IMG/VR virus record: IMGVR_UViG_3300032313_001465 | Coordinates: 64,001 to 128,000 of that record | Reading direction: 5' to 3' (one strand) | From: a virus | Length of the DNA stretch: 64,000 nt | Notes under the pieces: model-generated | Told to the model about the DNA's origin: nothing | What the model saw: the letters and a program-made list of their open reading frames with translations, nothing else | Databases searched by the model: none | Made by a program: the position numbers and the translations under genes | Shown here: positions 16,711 to 28,333 of the stretch, piece after piece | Position numbering within the stretch: the first letter of the stretch is position 1 | Layout of the letters: each line of letters begins with the position of its first letter

Positions 16711-18564
16711 ATGGCAGTAAAAAGAAATATAAAATATCTTAATAAAGATTTTACAGAATTTAGAGCTAGTCTTATTGATTATGCTAGAACATATTTTCCA
16801 ACAACCTATAATGACTTCAGTCCATCATCTCCAGGAATGATGTTTATGGAAATGGCAGCATATGTTGGTGATGTTTTATCTTTTTACCTTGATAATCAAA
16901 TTCAAGAAAATTATTTACAATATGCTCGTCAAAATAATAATTTATTTGAGTTAGCATATATGTTAGGATATAAACCCAACGTTACTCAAGTTGCTACTGC
17001 GGATATTGATTTTTTCCAACAGGTCCCATCAAAATTATCAGGTAGTACTTATATTCCTGATTTTGACTATACTCTTTTTATAAACGAGAATGCAGTAATT
17101 TCATCTCCATTAACAGGTGCTTCTAATTTTATTATAGAAGATCCCATAGATTTCTCAGTATCTAGTTCGGCTGATCCTACTGAAGTAAGTGTATATGCTA
17201 TCTCAGCTGGAAACCCAACATTTTTCCTTTTAAAGAAAACAAGAAAAGCAATTTCATCCACAATTAACACTACTACTTTTAGCTTTGGTAGTCCGGTTAA
17301 ATTTTCAACGGTTAATATTAATGCAAATAGAATAGTAGGAATATTAGATGTGATGGATTCTGATAATAATGAATGGTATGAGGTAGATTATTTAGCACAA
17401 GAAACAATTTATGATTCTATAAAGAATACAAATGCGAATGATCCTAATTTTAGTTCGGCAGGAGATACTCCGTATTTATTAAAATTAAAAAAAGTACAAA
17501 GGAGATTTGCAACAAGGTTTATAGATTCTGGATCTTTACAGTTACAATTTGGTGCAGGAACTTCTAGTGATACAGACGAAACAGTAGTACCTAATCCTGA
17601 TAATGTAGGTTTAGGATTGCCATTTGAAAGGCAAAAACTTAATACAGCATATTCTCCTTCTAACTTTATTTTTACTAAAACATATGGAATTGCTCCCTCC
17701 AATACTACTCTAACTGTTAGATATTTAACTGGAGGAGGAGCAACAGCAAATACTCCAGCAAATACATTAACTAAAATCTCAGGAGATATTAAATTTCTTA
17801 AAAACAATCTAAATACAAGTACTGCTAATTATATTTTTGCATCATTAGCAGTAAACAATGCATCCGCAGCTGATGGAGGAGGGGATGGAGATACAATAGA
17901 AGAAATTCGTCAAAATGCCTCTGCTAATTTTAGTACCCAATTAAGAAACGTAACATCAGATGATTATTTAGTTAGAGTACTATCAATGCCTGCCAAATAT
18001 GGAGCCATTGCTAAGGCATTTGTTGAAACAACAAAAGCACAAAACATCTCAGTAGGTGAAACTAATTCAATTTTAGATTTATATGCTTTGAGTTATAATG
18101 CTGATAAAACATTACGAGTCCCTTCTACTGCCCTAAAACAAAACATTTCAACTTATTTATCTCAATATAGAATGATAAATGATGTCGTAAATATAAAAGA
18201 CGGATTTATAATTAATATTGGAGTTAACTTTGAAATAATAGTATTACCCGATTATAATAATAACGAAGTTTTAATTAATTGCATTACTGCTTTAAAAAAT
18301 TATTTTGCTATAGATAACTGGCAAATAAATCAACCTATTCTTTTAAAAGATTTAAATTTATTACTAGATAGAATAGAAGGAGTACAAACAGTAAATAAAG
18401 TAGAAATAGTAAATAAAGTAGGAGAAAATTTAGGATATAGTAAATATGCATATGATATACAAGCAGCAACTATTAATAATGTAGTTTATCCTAGTTTAGA
18501 CCCCAGTATTTTTGAAGTTAAGTATCTCAATACAGATATTGTTGGAAGAGTTAGTAGTTTTTAG
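16711..18564 (+). CDS. gp6: Baseplate wedge protein gp6/J-like
   Basis: KDFTEFRASL, GG.DGDTIEEIRQNA..QLRNVTSDDY; ATG at 16711. Confidence 0.85.
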   Translation: MAVKRNIKYLNKDFTEFRASLIDYARTYFPTTYNDFSPSSPGMMFMEMAAYVGDVLSFYLDNQIQENYLQYARQNNNLFELAYMLGYKPNVTQVATADIDFFQQVPSKLSGSTYIPDFDYTLFINENAVISSPLTGASNFIIEDPIDFSVSSSADPTEVSVYAISAGNPTFFLLKKTRKAISSTINTTTFSFGSPVKFSTVNINANRIVGILDVMDSDNNEWYEVDYLAQETIYDSIKNTNANDPNFSSAGDTPYLLKLKKVQRRFATRFIDSGSLQLQFGAGTSSDTDETVVPNPDNVGLGLPFERQKLNTAYSPSNFIFTKTYGIAPSNTTLTVRYLTGGGATANTPANTLTKISGDIKFLKNNLNTSTANYIFASLAVNNASAADGGGDGDTIEEIRQNASANFSTQLRNVTSDDYLVRVLSMPAKYGAIAKAFVETTKAQNISVGETNSILDLYALSYNADKTLRVPSTALKQNISTYLSQYRMINDVVNIKDGFIINIGVNFEIIVLPDYNNNEVLINCITALKNYFAIDNWQINQPILLKDLNLLLDRIEGVQTVNKVEIVNKVGENLGYSKYAYDIQAATINNVVYPSLDPSIFEVKYLNTDIVGRVSSF

Positions 18565-18587
18565 TATAATAAATAAATAAATAAAGA

Positions 18588-19700
18588 ATGGCTGTATATA
18601 AAATTTTCCCTGAAAAAGACGCAACTCTATATTCATTATATGAAGAAATGAATACCGGATTGGATGAAATCCTAGAGGCATCATTAGTTGTAGGAGATTT
18701 AGGTAAACCTGCTCCTCAAGCAAGTAGGTTTTTGATCCAATTTTTCACAAGTGAAATTAACGATGTAATAAACACTAAAATTTCAAGTTCAACTTGGCAA
18801 TCTAATCTAAGATGTTTTGTGGCCAATGAAGACGGATTAAATTTAGATACCACAATTGTGGTATTTCCAGTATCCGGATCATGGAATATGGGAACAGGTA
18901 AGTTTTCTAACTCACCTGAAACTCAAAATGGATGTAGTTGGGTATGGAGAGATTATCAAGGTTCTACTAGATGGACAACTTCTTCTTTTGCAGCTGGAAG
19001 TACAGGTTCATATTCTACATCATCAGATGCTGGTGGAGGAACTTGGTATATTTCAGGTTCATATAGTGGTTCTCAAACATTTGGATATTGGAGTGATAAA
19101 GATATAAACATAAATGTAACTAATGTAGTAAGTGCTTGGTATTCTGGTTCTATTCCTAATAATGGATTTATCCTAAAACAAGATTTAGAATTTGTTGATA
19201 ATGTAAATGTACAACCAAATATAAAATATTTTTCAGTAGATACCCACACTATTTATCCTCCATGTTTAGAATTTAAATGGATAGATTTTACATTTAATAC
19301 TGGTTCATCAACTCAAACTATCATAAATACTATCCCTGCTACTATCTCAGTAGCCGAAAACCCAGGTATTTTTTATCCAAGTAGTATTAATAAATTTAGA
19401 GTAAATGCTAGGCCTACTTACCCTAATAGAGTATTCTCAACATCCTCATATTTTACAAATAATTATTATTTACCTACAAGTTCATATTATGCTGTAAAGG
19501 ATTTGACTACTAATGACTATATAATAGATTTTGATACCCAATATACTAAATTAAGTGCTGATGCTACTAGTAGCTATTTTAATCTTGATATGAGTGGATT
19601 TGAAAAAGAAAGATATTATGAAATCTTTATAAAAACCACTATAGATGGTTCAACATTTGAATTTAATGATAATTTTTATTTTAAAATAGTAAATGGATAA
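18588..19700 (+). CDS. Virion structural protein (beta-rich)
   Basis: KDATLY N-terminus, NNGFILK..PCLEFKW; baseplate operon. Confidence 0.6.
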   Translation: MAVYKIFPEKDATLYSLYEEMNTGLDEILEASLVVGDLGKPAPQASRFLIQFFTSEINDVINTKISSSTWQSNLRCFVANEDGLNLDTTIVVFPVSGSWNMGTGKFSNSPETQNGCSWVWRDYQGSTRWTTSSFAAGSTGSYSTSSDAGGGTWYISGSYSGSQTFGYWSDKDININVTNVVSAWYSGSIPNNGFILKQDLEFVDNVNVQPNIKYFSVDTHTIYPPCLEFKWIDFTFNTGSSTQTIINTIPATISVAENPGIFYPSSINKFRVNARPTYPNRVFSTSSYFTNNYYLPTSSYYAVKDLTTNDYIIDFDTQYTKLSADATSSYFNLDMSGFEKERYYEIFIKTTIDGSTFEFNDNFYFKIVNG

Positions 19701-20025
19701 GATTAATTTAACAAAAAAAGTATATAGTAAGAATCAATACCCAAAAGTAATTGATACTTCATTTACACAACTAATCGATCCAGTTGTAGATGTTACTCAA
19801 CCTACTATTTCAGTTGAAGATTTCTTTAACTATTATCAGGAATTATTTTATATTATACCTCAGTTTGGAGATATAAATTCTCATGAGTATCTTATAAAAA
19901 CAAGTACTGCATATATAGGTAACGCTCAAAATGATGAATTAATACAATCGTTATTAGAAGAAATAACACAACTTAAAGGTGAAAATGTAAGTTTACTTCA
20001 AACAATTACAACTTTACAAAAATAA
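19693..20025 (+). CDS. Hypothetical structural-operon protein
   Basis: ORF track. Confidence 0.65.
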   Translation: MDKINLTKKVYSKNQYPKVIDTSFTQLIDPVVDVTQPTISVEDFFNYYQELFYIIPQFGDINSHEYLIKTSTAYIGNAQNDELIQSLLEEITQLKGENVSLLQTITTLQK

Positions 20026-20026
20026 A

Positions 20027-23000
20027 ATGGCCAAAATAGTTAATATAAACCCAATAGATCCAATAACTTTTGAATATCAAGAATATTCATCAGAAGATAA
20101 CAATTTAATAGCATCAACAAACATTGATGTTGCATTTGATCCTTCAACTGATTATCTTGAGTATTTTATTTTAGATAGTAATCAAAATATTTTAAGTTCA
20201 AATGTTTTTGGTTATCCCAACTATAAGTTAATAGACAACGTTGTAACTATAGATCCTGAAGGAGATTTACAATCATTTGGATACGACATAGGAAATTACA
20301 ATACAGTATATAATTTTCTAAGAAAAAGACTAAGTTCTTCAGTAACCAATAAATATTATATTGATCAAATTAGTCCTGATAGAACTGAAATTAGGTTAAA
20401 TACTACTTCTATTACAAACACAGAGGTAGTAAGTTCAACTAATGATTTTATCTCTTACATACAAAATGATCCTGGAGGATATTTAGACTTTTATTTAGAT
20501 TTTAATGATAATAAATTATTAATAGCAAATAATATTTTATTAGATAATACTAATCCGGATGACCCAACAGTTTTAATTAAATTATATGAGCCCCTACCTG
20601 CAGAATTTGATATTAAAAGTGAATGTTGGGTAGTAGAAAAAATATCGGATACTATAGCTTATTCTATTAATTCTTTTGAAACGTTTGAATTTACAGACAA
20701 TAATATTTATTTATCTGGACCTAATACAAATATAGGAATAAAAGACCAAATAAATAATTCTACAGGGTATAGTAATTATAATTCATTAACTTCTAATACT
20801 TCAGTGTTAGGAACGGGAAGTTTATTTTATCAAGCAAAAAGTATTTTAGCCGAAAAAGGAATTGAAATTAATATAGATTACTCAGATTATTCTCAATTTG
20901 TAAACTTCTCATCAGCATATACTAGATTAGAAAACTTCTACTATAAACTTTCACTATTAGAACAATATCAAGTAAGTTCTAGTTTTGGAGGATCTTCGGG
21001 TTATTATTTATCTTCTAGTAATGATTTATGGTTAAATAAAATAAATGACATCATAACTAATTTTGATGGTTATGAATATTATTTATATTTTGAGTCATCA
21101 AGTACCGCTTGGCCTAAAAGTAATAGTGTATTTCCATACAGAAATGTTATATCAACTTCAGCAGCCGGATTAACCTGGTTATCAGGACAATTAAGTACAG
21201 CATCACTATATGATGAAGAAAATTCAAACTATTTAATAAATACAATACCTGAATATTTAAGAGAAGATTCAAATAACGATAAGTATAAATTATTTGTTGA
21301 GATGATAGGACAACACTTTGATAGTGTTTGGGTTTATCTTAAGGATGTAACTAATAAATCTAATGCTGATAATCGTTTAGATTATGGAGTATCAAAAGAT
21401 ATAGTAGCTGATATTTTAAGAGATTTAGGTGTAAAAATATACCAAAATAATTTTTCAACAAACGATCTATATTCAGCTTTAATAGGTATAACACCAACCG
21501 GAAATTTATATAACTTACCATATACAACAGGTTCGTTACCTACTCCAAGTGAATATGAATATATAAATTCTTATGTAACTTCTAACGCAACTGGATCTCT
21601 TGTTCCTGTTGATGATATTAATAAAGAAATTTATAAAAGAATTTATCATAATTTACCATATCTTCTTAAGAAAAAAGGCACAGTAGAAGGATTAAGAGCA
21701 TTAATTACAACTTATGGAATACCTGATACTATTTTAAGAATAAATGAATTTGGAGGAAAAGACAAAAATAGTAATACTTGGGATAGTTGGCAAGATGTAT
21801 ATGATTATGCTCTTAGATTTACTACATATGGAAGTGTATATGGTTCTTTTATTTTAAATAGTTTATGGCCTACTACGTTTGGAAATACACCTAACACAAT
21901 ACAATTTAGATTTAAAACTGACGGAGCCCCAACAGGTTCATATATTACATCGTCTTTAAACCAAAGTTTATTTTATGGAGATATGGGTATATATCTCTCA
22001 TTAAGATATAATGGGTCTGGTTCAACTACAGGCTCATACTCTGGAGCTCCTATTGACCCATATAACAAATATGGATATCTAGATCTTTCAATAGATGGAT
22101 TTACATCTCAAAGTTTATATTTACCATTCTTTAATGGTGATTGGTGGTCAGTTCAAGTTACTAAAACCGATATTAATAACCTTACTGGAAGTTTTGTTTT
22201 ATATTCTGCCAACAAACAGTATATCGGAGAGGATGGAAATATAATAGGTTTTAATAGTTCATCTTCTATGAACTCAGACCCATCAGGGTGGAATACAAGT
22301 ACATCTTGGCAAATGGGATATACTGGAGGTCCTGTATTTAAAGGAAATATACAAGAACTAAGATTTTATAGTCAAATTTTAAATAAAGATTCATTCTTTA
22401 AATATACTATGAATCCTAATTCTATTGAAGTTAATGAAATAAATGGTGCTGGAAATCATCTAGCTTTTAGAGCTTCTTTAGGTGGTGAATTATATACTGG
22501 TTCAAAATCCATTCATCCAAAAGTAACTGGTTCATGGGTTTCTACTTCATCTTTTGCATCTAATAGTAATTTTACAATAGATAGTTGTTCATTTGAATCT
22601 AATACTGAAGTAATATTTTATGATCAAGTAACATCTGGTATTAGGAACGCAATATCAAACAAGATAAAACAAAAATCAAACATTTTACCATATAGTGGTA
22701 GCGACTCCAATACCTTCAATTCAGATGTATTATCACCGTTTAAATCGCTTCAACAATCGTTTTCAATAAGTGAAAGTTATACTAGAGATATAGATTATGT
22801 TGAAATAGCATTTTCCCCTCAAAATGAAATAAATGAAGATATTAATTCTTCAATTGGGTATTTTAATATTGGAGAATATATAGGAGATCCAAGAAATCAA
22901 AGTACAGATTTAACTTATTATCCGGATTTAAATGTTTTAAGAGATGAATATTTTAAAAAATATACTCATAACTATGATATATGGGATTATACAAGATTAA

Positions 23001-25576
23001 TCAAATATCTTGATAATTCATTATTTAAAATGTTACAAGATTGGGTTCCAGCTCACACAGACTTAGCATCCGGCATTGTTATTAAACAACATTTACTTGA
23101 AAGAAATAAATATCCAGTACCTCAATTAACTCAATCTCAATATTACTATACAGCATCTATAGGAAGTTCGGGTTCAATGTTAAATGATCAAAAAATATAT
23201 ATTTCATCAACAGATCAACAATCATTTCCATTAGAAACTTTTGGTGGTGGTACAGCAGGTGTTATGCCGGATTTACCAGGAACTTCTTCTATTAATTTAT
23301 TTGTAAATATAAACCAAAACTGGTCAGGTTCTAATAATACAGTTTTAGGTATAGTTCCATTTATTCATAAAACACAAGACGAATTTTATAATGGAGAATT
23401 TAGTGGTTCTATTCTTCAAGTATCTCATCAAAGTCTTGTTGATATTGATTGTTTAGAATTATTACATGCCTCATCAACAGCTACTAGTTATAAAACAATA
23501 TATTATAGAACTACTGATTTTGAAATACCATCTGGTTCTGCTTGGTATTCAGCATCTTTCCCTTTATTAAATAGTGTTAATGCCGTTAATAATCAAATTA
23601 ATTCATTCCTTAACTCTAATACCTCACCAAATAGTGGTGAAATATATATCTTTCAAAGAAATCCAACTGGCTATTTCTCTGGATTACCATCAGCAACTGA
23701 TATAACGAGATATCCTCAATTTCAACCATATGGAGTTAATTATATTAAAATAAGCAAAACAGATTCAACAGGATTAGATAATACTATTCCTTTAGGATTA
23801 GTAGATAATATAAGGATAAAATTTACAGATATTTTAGCAGGTGTAGATCATGCTGTTTTAAGCATAACTGAATATCCTACTTATTACTTATATAATATTT
23901 CTCCAGCACAAGATATTATTTCAACAAACACTGAAATATTAAATTATAGATCATCTGCTTCTTTTTCAGGTACAAAAGTAATAAATTCCCCTTTTAAAAC
24001 AATAATAGATAATTATAATTCAATAAGCGGAAATACACTTAGTTATTTTAACACTAGTTCGGGTTTATATACATTAAATAATACTCCAAATATCCCAACA
24101 ATATTTTCAGCATCAATAACCACAGACGTTAATAACCCAGGTACTCCTGGGGATGTAGGATATGTTTATATAGTAAAAAAAGACTCAAGTGGATTAGAAA
24201 CTATTCTTAAAACTGAAATTTTTAATATAGTATCTGTAACTTCAATAAATACTAATATTTCTGCTTCTTATTTTGGAATCAAAGGAGACACTATAGGTTT
24301 ATATTCTGCCGCCGGAATAGGCTTGTCATTCAATATGCGTAATGCTAGTTTTTTAATAACTCAATCTATAACCCCAATATCTGGCACAGTTAATCCTTTA
24401 ATAATACCTGAACCATATATTGTAGAAGCAGGATACTATAATAGTGATTGTAATCCACTAATTAATAATGTTTTAGAAGCAAGTTCTAATAATGGTTTAT
24501 ATATGGATGTCGATTATTCTGATAATAATATAATAGCATTAAATCAATCTGGAATTTTAGCGGGTACAGCAACTTTAGCAAATATAAACTTATGGAATTA
24601 TTCATATGATTCACATATTAATGCTCGATATGTAGGAACAAAACAATTCCAAACTGCAAGTAATAAATATACTGCTGGAGATACAGCCTTTGGTAAAGAA
24701 CCACTTATTCAATCTTTAGATTCTTGTATATATGAAAAACTATGGGGAGGTAGTGGTTATCCTGAAAATACATCTGGAGGTAATATTCAATTATCAAATA
24801 TTTTATTAGTAGGAGATAATAAAGATAGTATAACTGTAATCTCACCTTCTGACCCAGCATATAATGATACTATAGGAAGAGGCTTTAAACAATCTGTAGG
24901 ACAAGCAGCATCAATGCAAAATTTCCAATATAATAATACAACTAATTTAATTTCACCACTACCTATTTTACACACAAATTTAGCAATGCAAGATGCAGCA
25001 TATTGGGTTCCAACAAATTATGATAAACCAGTAGGTAGTCCTGTAGCTAATGTAGTAGTTTCTGAAAATAAAATGTATCTTACAGCATCAAGTAATATCC
25101 AACTTGCTACAAGAAATTCTTCCAATCAACAAGTTTCATCTTCTACTACAGTTACAATGGGTGCAGCTTCAATGGTTATTACTAGTTCATTTTATAATGG
25201 TGATAGGTGGTTTGTAAGTTTTTATAATAATTTAGGAGGCATAGCTACAGGAAATTTATATGCGGGCGGAGTATTTTATGGTCCACCTTGGGAAATAACA
25301 TACGCTGGAACTCCTGGTTCATACAATACTTATAATATAATAAATCCTCCAGGATATAACATTGCTGATTATTTAAGTGATTTCCAAATAGGAGTTGGTA
25401 CTGGTATATTATTATTTAAAGGAATCCCATCTCCAGGTACTATGGTAATTTACGGCCCAGGTGGTGATAGATTCAGTAATTCAGGTCCGGGATACATGTT
25501 AGATTTATATCCGAAAAAAATAATTACTGATAATGTTCAATACATTACTAAAACTTATGGTTCAAACCCTAATTAA
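20027..25576 (+). CDS. Large baseplate/tail structural protein (gp7/P2-I-like segment)
   Basis: 1849 aa, S/T/N-rich; LLKKKGTVEGLRALITTYG motif. Confidence 0.7.
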   Translation: MAKIVNINPIDPITFEYQEYSSEDNNLIASTNIDVAFDPSTDYLEYFILDSNQNILSSNVFGYPNYKLIDNVVTIDPEGDLQSFGYDIGNYNTVYNFLRKRLSSSVTNKYYIDQISPDRTEIRLNTTSITNTEVVSSTNDFISYIQNDPGGYLDFYLDFNDNKLLIANNILLDNTNPDDPTVLIKLYEPLPAEFDIKSECWVVEKISDTIAYSINSFETFEFTDNNIYLSGPNTNIGIKDQINNSTGYSNYNSLTSNTSVLGTGSLFYQAKSILAEKGIEINIDYSDYSQFVNFSSAYTRLENFYYKLSLLEQYQVSSSFGGSSGYYLSSSNDLWLNKINDIITNFDGYEYYLYFESSSTAWPKSNSVFPYRNVISTSAAGLTWLSGQLSTASLYDEENSNYLINTIPEYLREDSNNDKYKLFVEMIGQHFDSVWVYLKDVTNKSNADNRLDYGVSKDIVADILRDLGVKIYQNNFSTNDLYSALIGITPTGNLYNLPYTTGSLPTPSEYEYINSYVTSNATGSLVPVDDINKEIYKRIYHNLPYLLKKKGTVEGLRALITTYGIPDTILRINEFGGKDKNSNTWDSWQDVYDYALRFTTYGSVYGSFILNSLWPTTFGNTPNTIQFRFKTDGAPTGSYITSSLNQSLFYGDMGIYLSLRYNGSGSTTGSYSGAPIDPYNKYGYLDLSIDGFTSQSLYLPFFNGDWWSVQVTKTDINNLTGSFVLYSANKQYIGEDGNIIGFNSSSSMNSDPSGWNTSTSWQMGYTGGPVFKGNIQELRFYSQILNKDSFFKYTMNPNSIEVNEINGAGNHLAFRASLGGELYTGSKSIHPKVTGSWVSTSSFASNSNFTIDSCSFESNTEVIFYDQVTSGIRNAISNKIKQKSNILPYSGSDSNTFNSDVLSPFKSLQQSFSISESYTRDIDYVEIAFSPQNEINEDINSSIGYFNIGEYIGDPRNQSTDLTYYPDLNVLRDEYFKKYTHNYDIWDYTRLIKYLDNSLFKMLQDWVPAHTDLASGIVIKQHLLERNKYPVPQLTQSQYYYTASIGSSGSMLNDQKIYISSTDQQSFPLETFGGGTAGVMPDLPGTSSINLFVNINQNWSGSNNTVLGIVPFIHKTQDEFYNGEFSGSILQVSHQSLVDIDCLELLHASSTATSYKTIYYRTTDFEIPSGSAWYSASFPLLNSVNAVNNQINSFLNSNTSPNSGEIYIFQRNPTGYFSGLPSATDITRYPQFQPYGVNYIKISKTDSTGLDNTIPLGLVDNIRIKFTDILAGVDHAVLSITEYPTYYLYNISPAQDIISTNTEILNYRSSASFSGTKVINSPFKTIIDNYNSISGNTLSYFNTSSGLYTLNNTPNIPTIFSASITTDVNNPGTPGDVGYVYIVKKDSSGLETILKTEIFNIVSVTSINTNISASYFGIKGDTIGLYSAAGIGLSFNMRNASFLITQSITPISGTVNPLIIPEPYIVEAGYYNSDCNPLINNVLEASSNNGLYMDVDYSDNNIIALNQSGILAGTATLANINLWNYSYDSHINARYVGTKQFQTASNKYTAGDTAFGKEPLIQSLDSCIYEKLWGGSGYPENTSGGNIQLSNILLVGDNKDSITVISPSDPAYNDTIGRGFKQSVGQAASMQNFQYNNTTNLISPLPILHTNLAMQDAAYWVPTNYDKPVGSPVANVVVSENKMYLTASSNIQLATRNSSNQQVSSSTTVTMGAASMVITSSFYNGDRWFVSFYNNLGGIATGNLYAGGVFYGPPWEITYAGTPGSYNTYNIINPPGYNIADYLSDFQIGVGTGILLFKGIPSPGTMVIYGPGGDRFSNSGPGYMLDLYPKKIITDNVQYITKTYGSNPN

Positions 25577-25618
25577 AAAACATAAAATTTATATATTTAT
25601 AACAAAAACATAAAATAA

Positions 25619-26272
25619 ATGGGATATCTTAACTCTTCTATTGTAACAATAGATGCAATTCTTACAACAAAAGGTAGACAGCTTTTAGCTAAAGGAGACG
25701 GCACTTTTAAAATAACTCAATTTGCATTAGCAGATGATGAAATTGATTATACATTATATAATCCGTCTCATCCATCTGGATCAGCATATTACGGTGAAGC
25801 TATTGAAAACATGCCTATTCTAGAAGCATTTCCCCAAGAAACACAAGTTATGAAATATAAACTTATAACTTTACCAAGAGGAACAGCAAAATTACCAATT
25901 CTAGATTTAGGTTATACTTCGATTGTTATTAAACAAGGAGCATCATTAGCAATTACTCCACAAACATTAAATTATTTAGGAGGAAACACATTTGAATCTA
26001 GTGGATATACGGCAACAATATCTGATGTTAGATTGATGCAAACATTTGAAGGTGTTGGTATTAATACACCTCAGGCAACATCTTTAAATTCGACAACAAC
26101 ATTGGGAACAAATGTATCTAAAACAGTTGTAGGTACTACAATCAACATTAGAGCAACAACCGTAAATACATTGTTTGGTTCTAATACCTCATTATATGCA
26201 ACTTTAACAGTTGAAGGACGTGATTCAGGGAGCCGTTTAACAATTCCAATTACTGTAACTCGAGTATCTTAA
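25619..26272 (+). CDS. Baseplate/tail-fibre attachment protein
   Basis: ILTTKGRQLLAKG..KITQFALAD resembles a P2 gpH N-terminal-type domain. Confidence 0.6.
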   Translation: MGYLNSSIVTIDAILTTKGRQLLAKGDGTFKITQFALADDEIDYTLYNPSHPSGSAYYGEAIENMPILEAFPQETQVMKYKLITLPRGTAKLPILDLGYTSIVIKQGASLAITPQTLNYLGGNTFESSGYTATISDVRLMQTFEGVGINTPQATSLNSTTTLGTNVSKTVVGTTINIRATTVNTLFGSNTSLYATLTVEGRDSGSRLTIPITVTRVS

Positions 26273-26304
26273 TAAAAATAATTAAATCAAAAATATATTA
26301 AAAA

Positions 26305-27345
26305 ATGAGCTTTAAAAGATTAGATGCAGAAGATTTTGTAGTTAGTTCGGATACTATTTCCGCTACTTTATGGTCATCAGCTTCCCCAACATTATCAACT
26401 TTCTTTACTTCATCCACCCAAGAAGCAGGATCCTCAGGTAATTATTATTTAAACATATACCAAACTTCATCATCAGATACTAGCGCAGCCATCCAATTTG
26501 CTTTAGCTTATGGAAATAACAATGGTAGTGGTAGTTTAAATTATAATAATGCGGTGAATGGAAGATCACCAACGTCAACTATATATGGTCAATATCAAAA
26601 CCTAGTGATAGGAGATGAAAACACAAATTTTGCTTTTGGTTCTGTAGTTTCAGATGAATTTTATGTTTTATCAATTGATAGAACAAGATATAAAGAGAAA
26701 TTATTATTAGGATCTTTAGCATTAACAATATCTGGTTCATCCGGTTCTATAACATTAACAGATAATAGCGCATATGTCCCTTCAATTTCATTTAATGAAG
26801 CAGGTAGAGTATTTCAATTAATTACAGGGTCTCAAGGATTAATAGGCCCTACTTCCGCAGGAAACACAGCAGATGGATATTCTAAGAACTCAGGATCTTA
26901 CGGTTGGTTCTTACCGGATATTGGAACTATAATTTTAAACTCTAAAGCATTAGCCGACTATGCTGTGAGTGGGGGCATAGGACTACAATATAGTGGTTCA
27001 TCAACAGGTTCAGTAACACCTAATAGAACTCCAAATGCAAGTTTATACACAGCCATAAGTGGAGGAGCCAATTTTAAATTAAATAGTCAAGAAACAATAA
27101 CTTCAGATTATATATTTATTAGAGCTAGAAATGCAGAATTTAATTATTCAGAAAATCCAAGTTACATCTCGGGTTCAACTGGAGAAATAGTATATAGTTC
27201 ATTTATTAATGCACCACAAACCTATATAACTACAGTTGGTCTTTATAATGATACTAATGAATTATTGGCTGTTGCAAAGATATCTAGACCTTTATTAAAA
27301 GACTTTACGAAAGAAGCACTTTTGAGGCTGAAGTTAGATTTTTAG
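26305..27345 (+). CDS. Baseplate structural protein
   Basis: C-terminal YITTVGLYNDTNELLAVAK..PLLK. Confidence 0.65.
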   Translation: MSFKRLDAEDFVVSSDTISATLWSSASPTLSTFFTSSTQEAGSSGNYYLNIYQTSSSDTSAAIQFALAYGNNNGSGSLNYNNAVNGRSPTSTIYGQYQNLVIGDENTNFAFGSVVSDEFYVLSIDRTRYKEKLLLGSLALTISGSSGSITLTDNSAYVPSISFNEAGRVFQLITGSQGLIGPTSAGNTADGYSKNSGSYGWFLPDIGTIILNSKALADYAVSGGIGLQYSGSSTGSVTPNRTPNASLYTAISGGANFKLNSQETITSDYIFIRARNAEFNYSENPSYISGSTGEIVYSSFINAPQTYITTVGLYNDTNELLAVAKISRPLLKDFTKEALLRLKLDF

Positions 27346-27369
27346 TATATACTTATATAAAAATAATAT

Positions 27370-28320
27370 ATGAGTGCCTATAAACCATTTTTAGCATCTA
27401 ACATAATTGTTACTCCCTTTGAGGTAAATAAAAATTTTACATTCACTGGAAGTTTAACATCATCTATAGGTAGATATTTAGGTACAAATATTACAACATC
27501 CCTTTTTTCTCCAACAACTGACCCAACATCTAATGGTCAATATCAAAGATTAATTTATAATTCTATAAAAGAATTATATTATTCAAATTATTTGAGTTCA
27601 AGTTATGGAGATCCTGTTAATAGAGCTACTTTAATTCCTGGGAGAGATTCTGAAGGAGATAGATACGTAGGAAGTCCTCAAGCTCCAGGAATGTATGAAA
27701 ACTATCAACCCACAACATTAACATTCCCTAAAAATTTTCCAACGGCATCTAATAGTGAAATAGCTGTTATTTCAATTCCTTCCACTTATTACGGGAACTA
27801 CGTCAAGCCGTCTACATTCGTTTTTAAATGTCAGAGTGGTTCATTTTATGATGATGGAGAAGGAAATATAAAATCAGGTAGTATAAGCTTACCTTATTCT
27901 AAATCCTTATCTTATGGTAATATATTTTATGAACATGGGATAGCAATTATATATGGATTACCTTCACCATCATTATATAATATTACAAGCTCAGTTCAAA
28001 GTACAACTTGTTCATTCCAATCCTCTCTTACTATTTACGAAACTCAATATAAATGTACTATAAGAGAAAGTGAATTTAATTTTACATTAAATCCATCAGT
28101 AACTTCTGGAAGTACACCTATAACCGGGTCATTTTATAATTATTACCCTCCCTCAGAAAACTTAAATGATTTTGCTACAGGTTCAGTATTTCAACCTTAT
28201 ATAACTACTATTGGATTATATAATGATAATAAAGAATTATTAGCAATAGCTAAACTTGCTCAACCCTTACCCCTATCCAAAACAACGGATACGAATATCG
28301 TCGTATCATTGGATCGTTAA
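27370..28320 (+). CDS. Baseplate structural protein, paralogue of 26305
   Basis: C-terminal YITTIGLYNDNKELLAIAK..PL. Confidence 0.65.
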   Translation: MSAYKPFLASNIIVTPFEVNKNFTFTGSLTSSIGRYLGTNITTSLFSPTTDPTSNGQYQRLIYNSIKELYYSNYLSSSYGDPVNRATLIPGRDSEGDRYVGSPQAPGMYENYQPTTLTFPKNFPTASNSEIAVISIPSTYYGNYVKPSTFVFKCQSGSFYDDGEGNIKSGSISLPYSKSLSYGNIFYEHGIAIIYGLPSPSLYNITSSVQSTTCSFQSSLTIYETQYKCTIRESEFNFTLNPSVTSGSTPITGSFYNYYPPSENLNDFATGSVFQPYITTIGLYNDNKELLAIAKLAQPLPLSKTTDTNIVVSLDR

Positions 28321-28333
28321 AAATAAATAAAAA

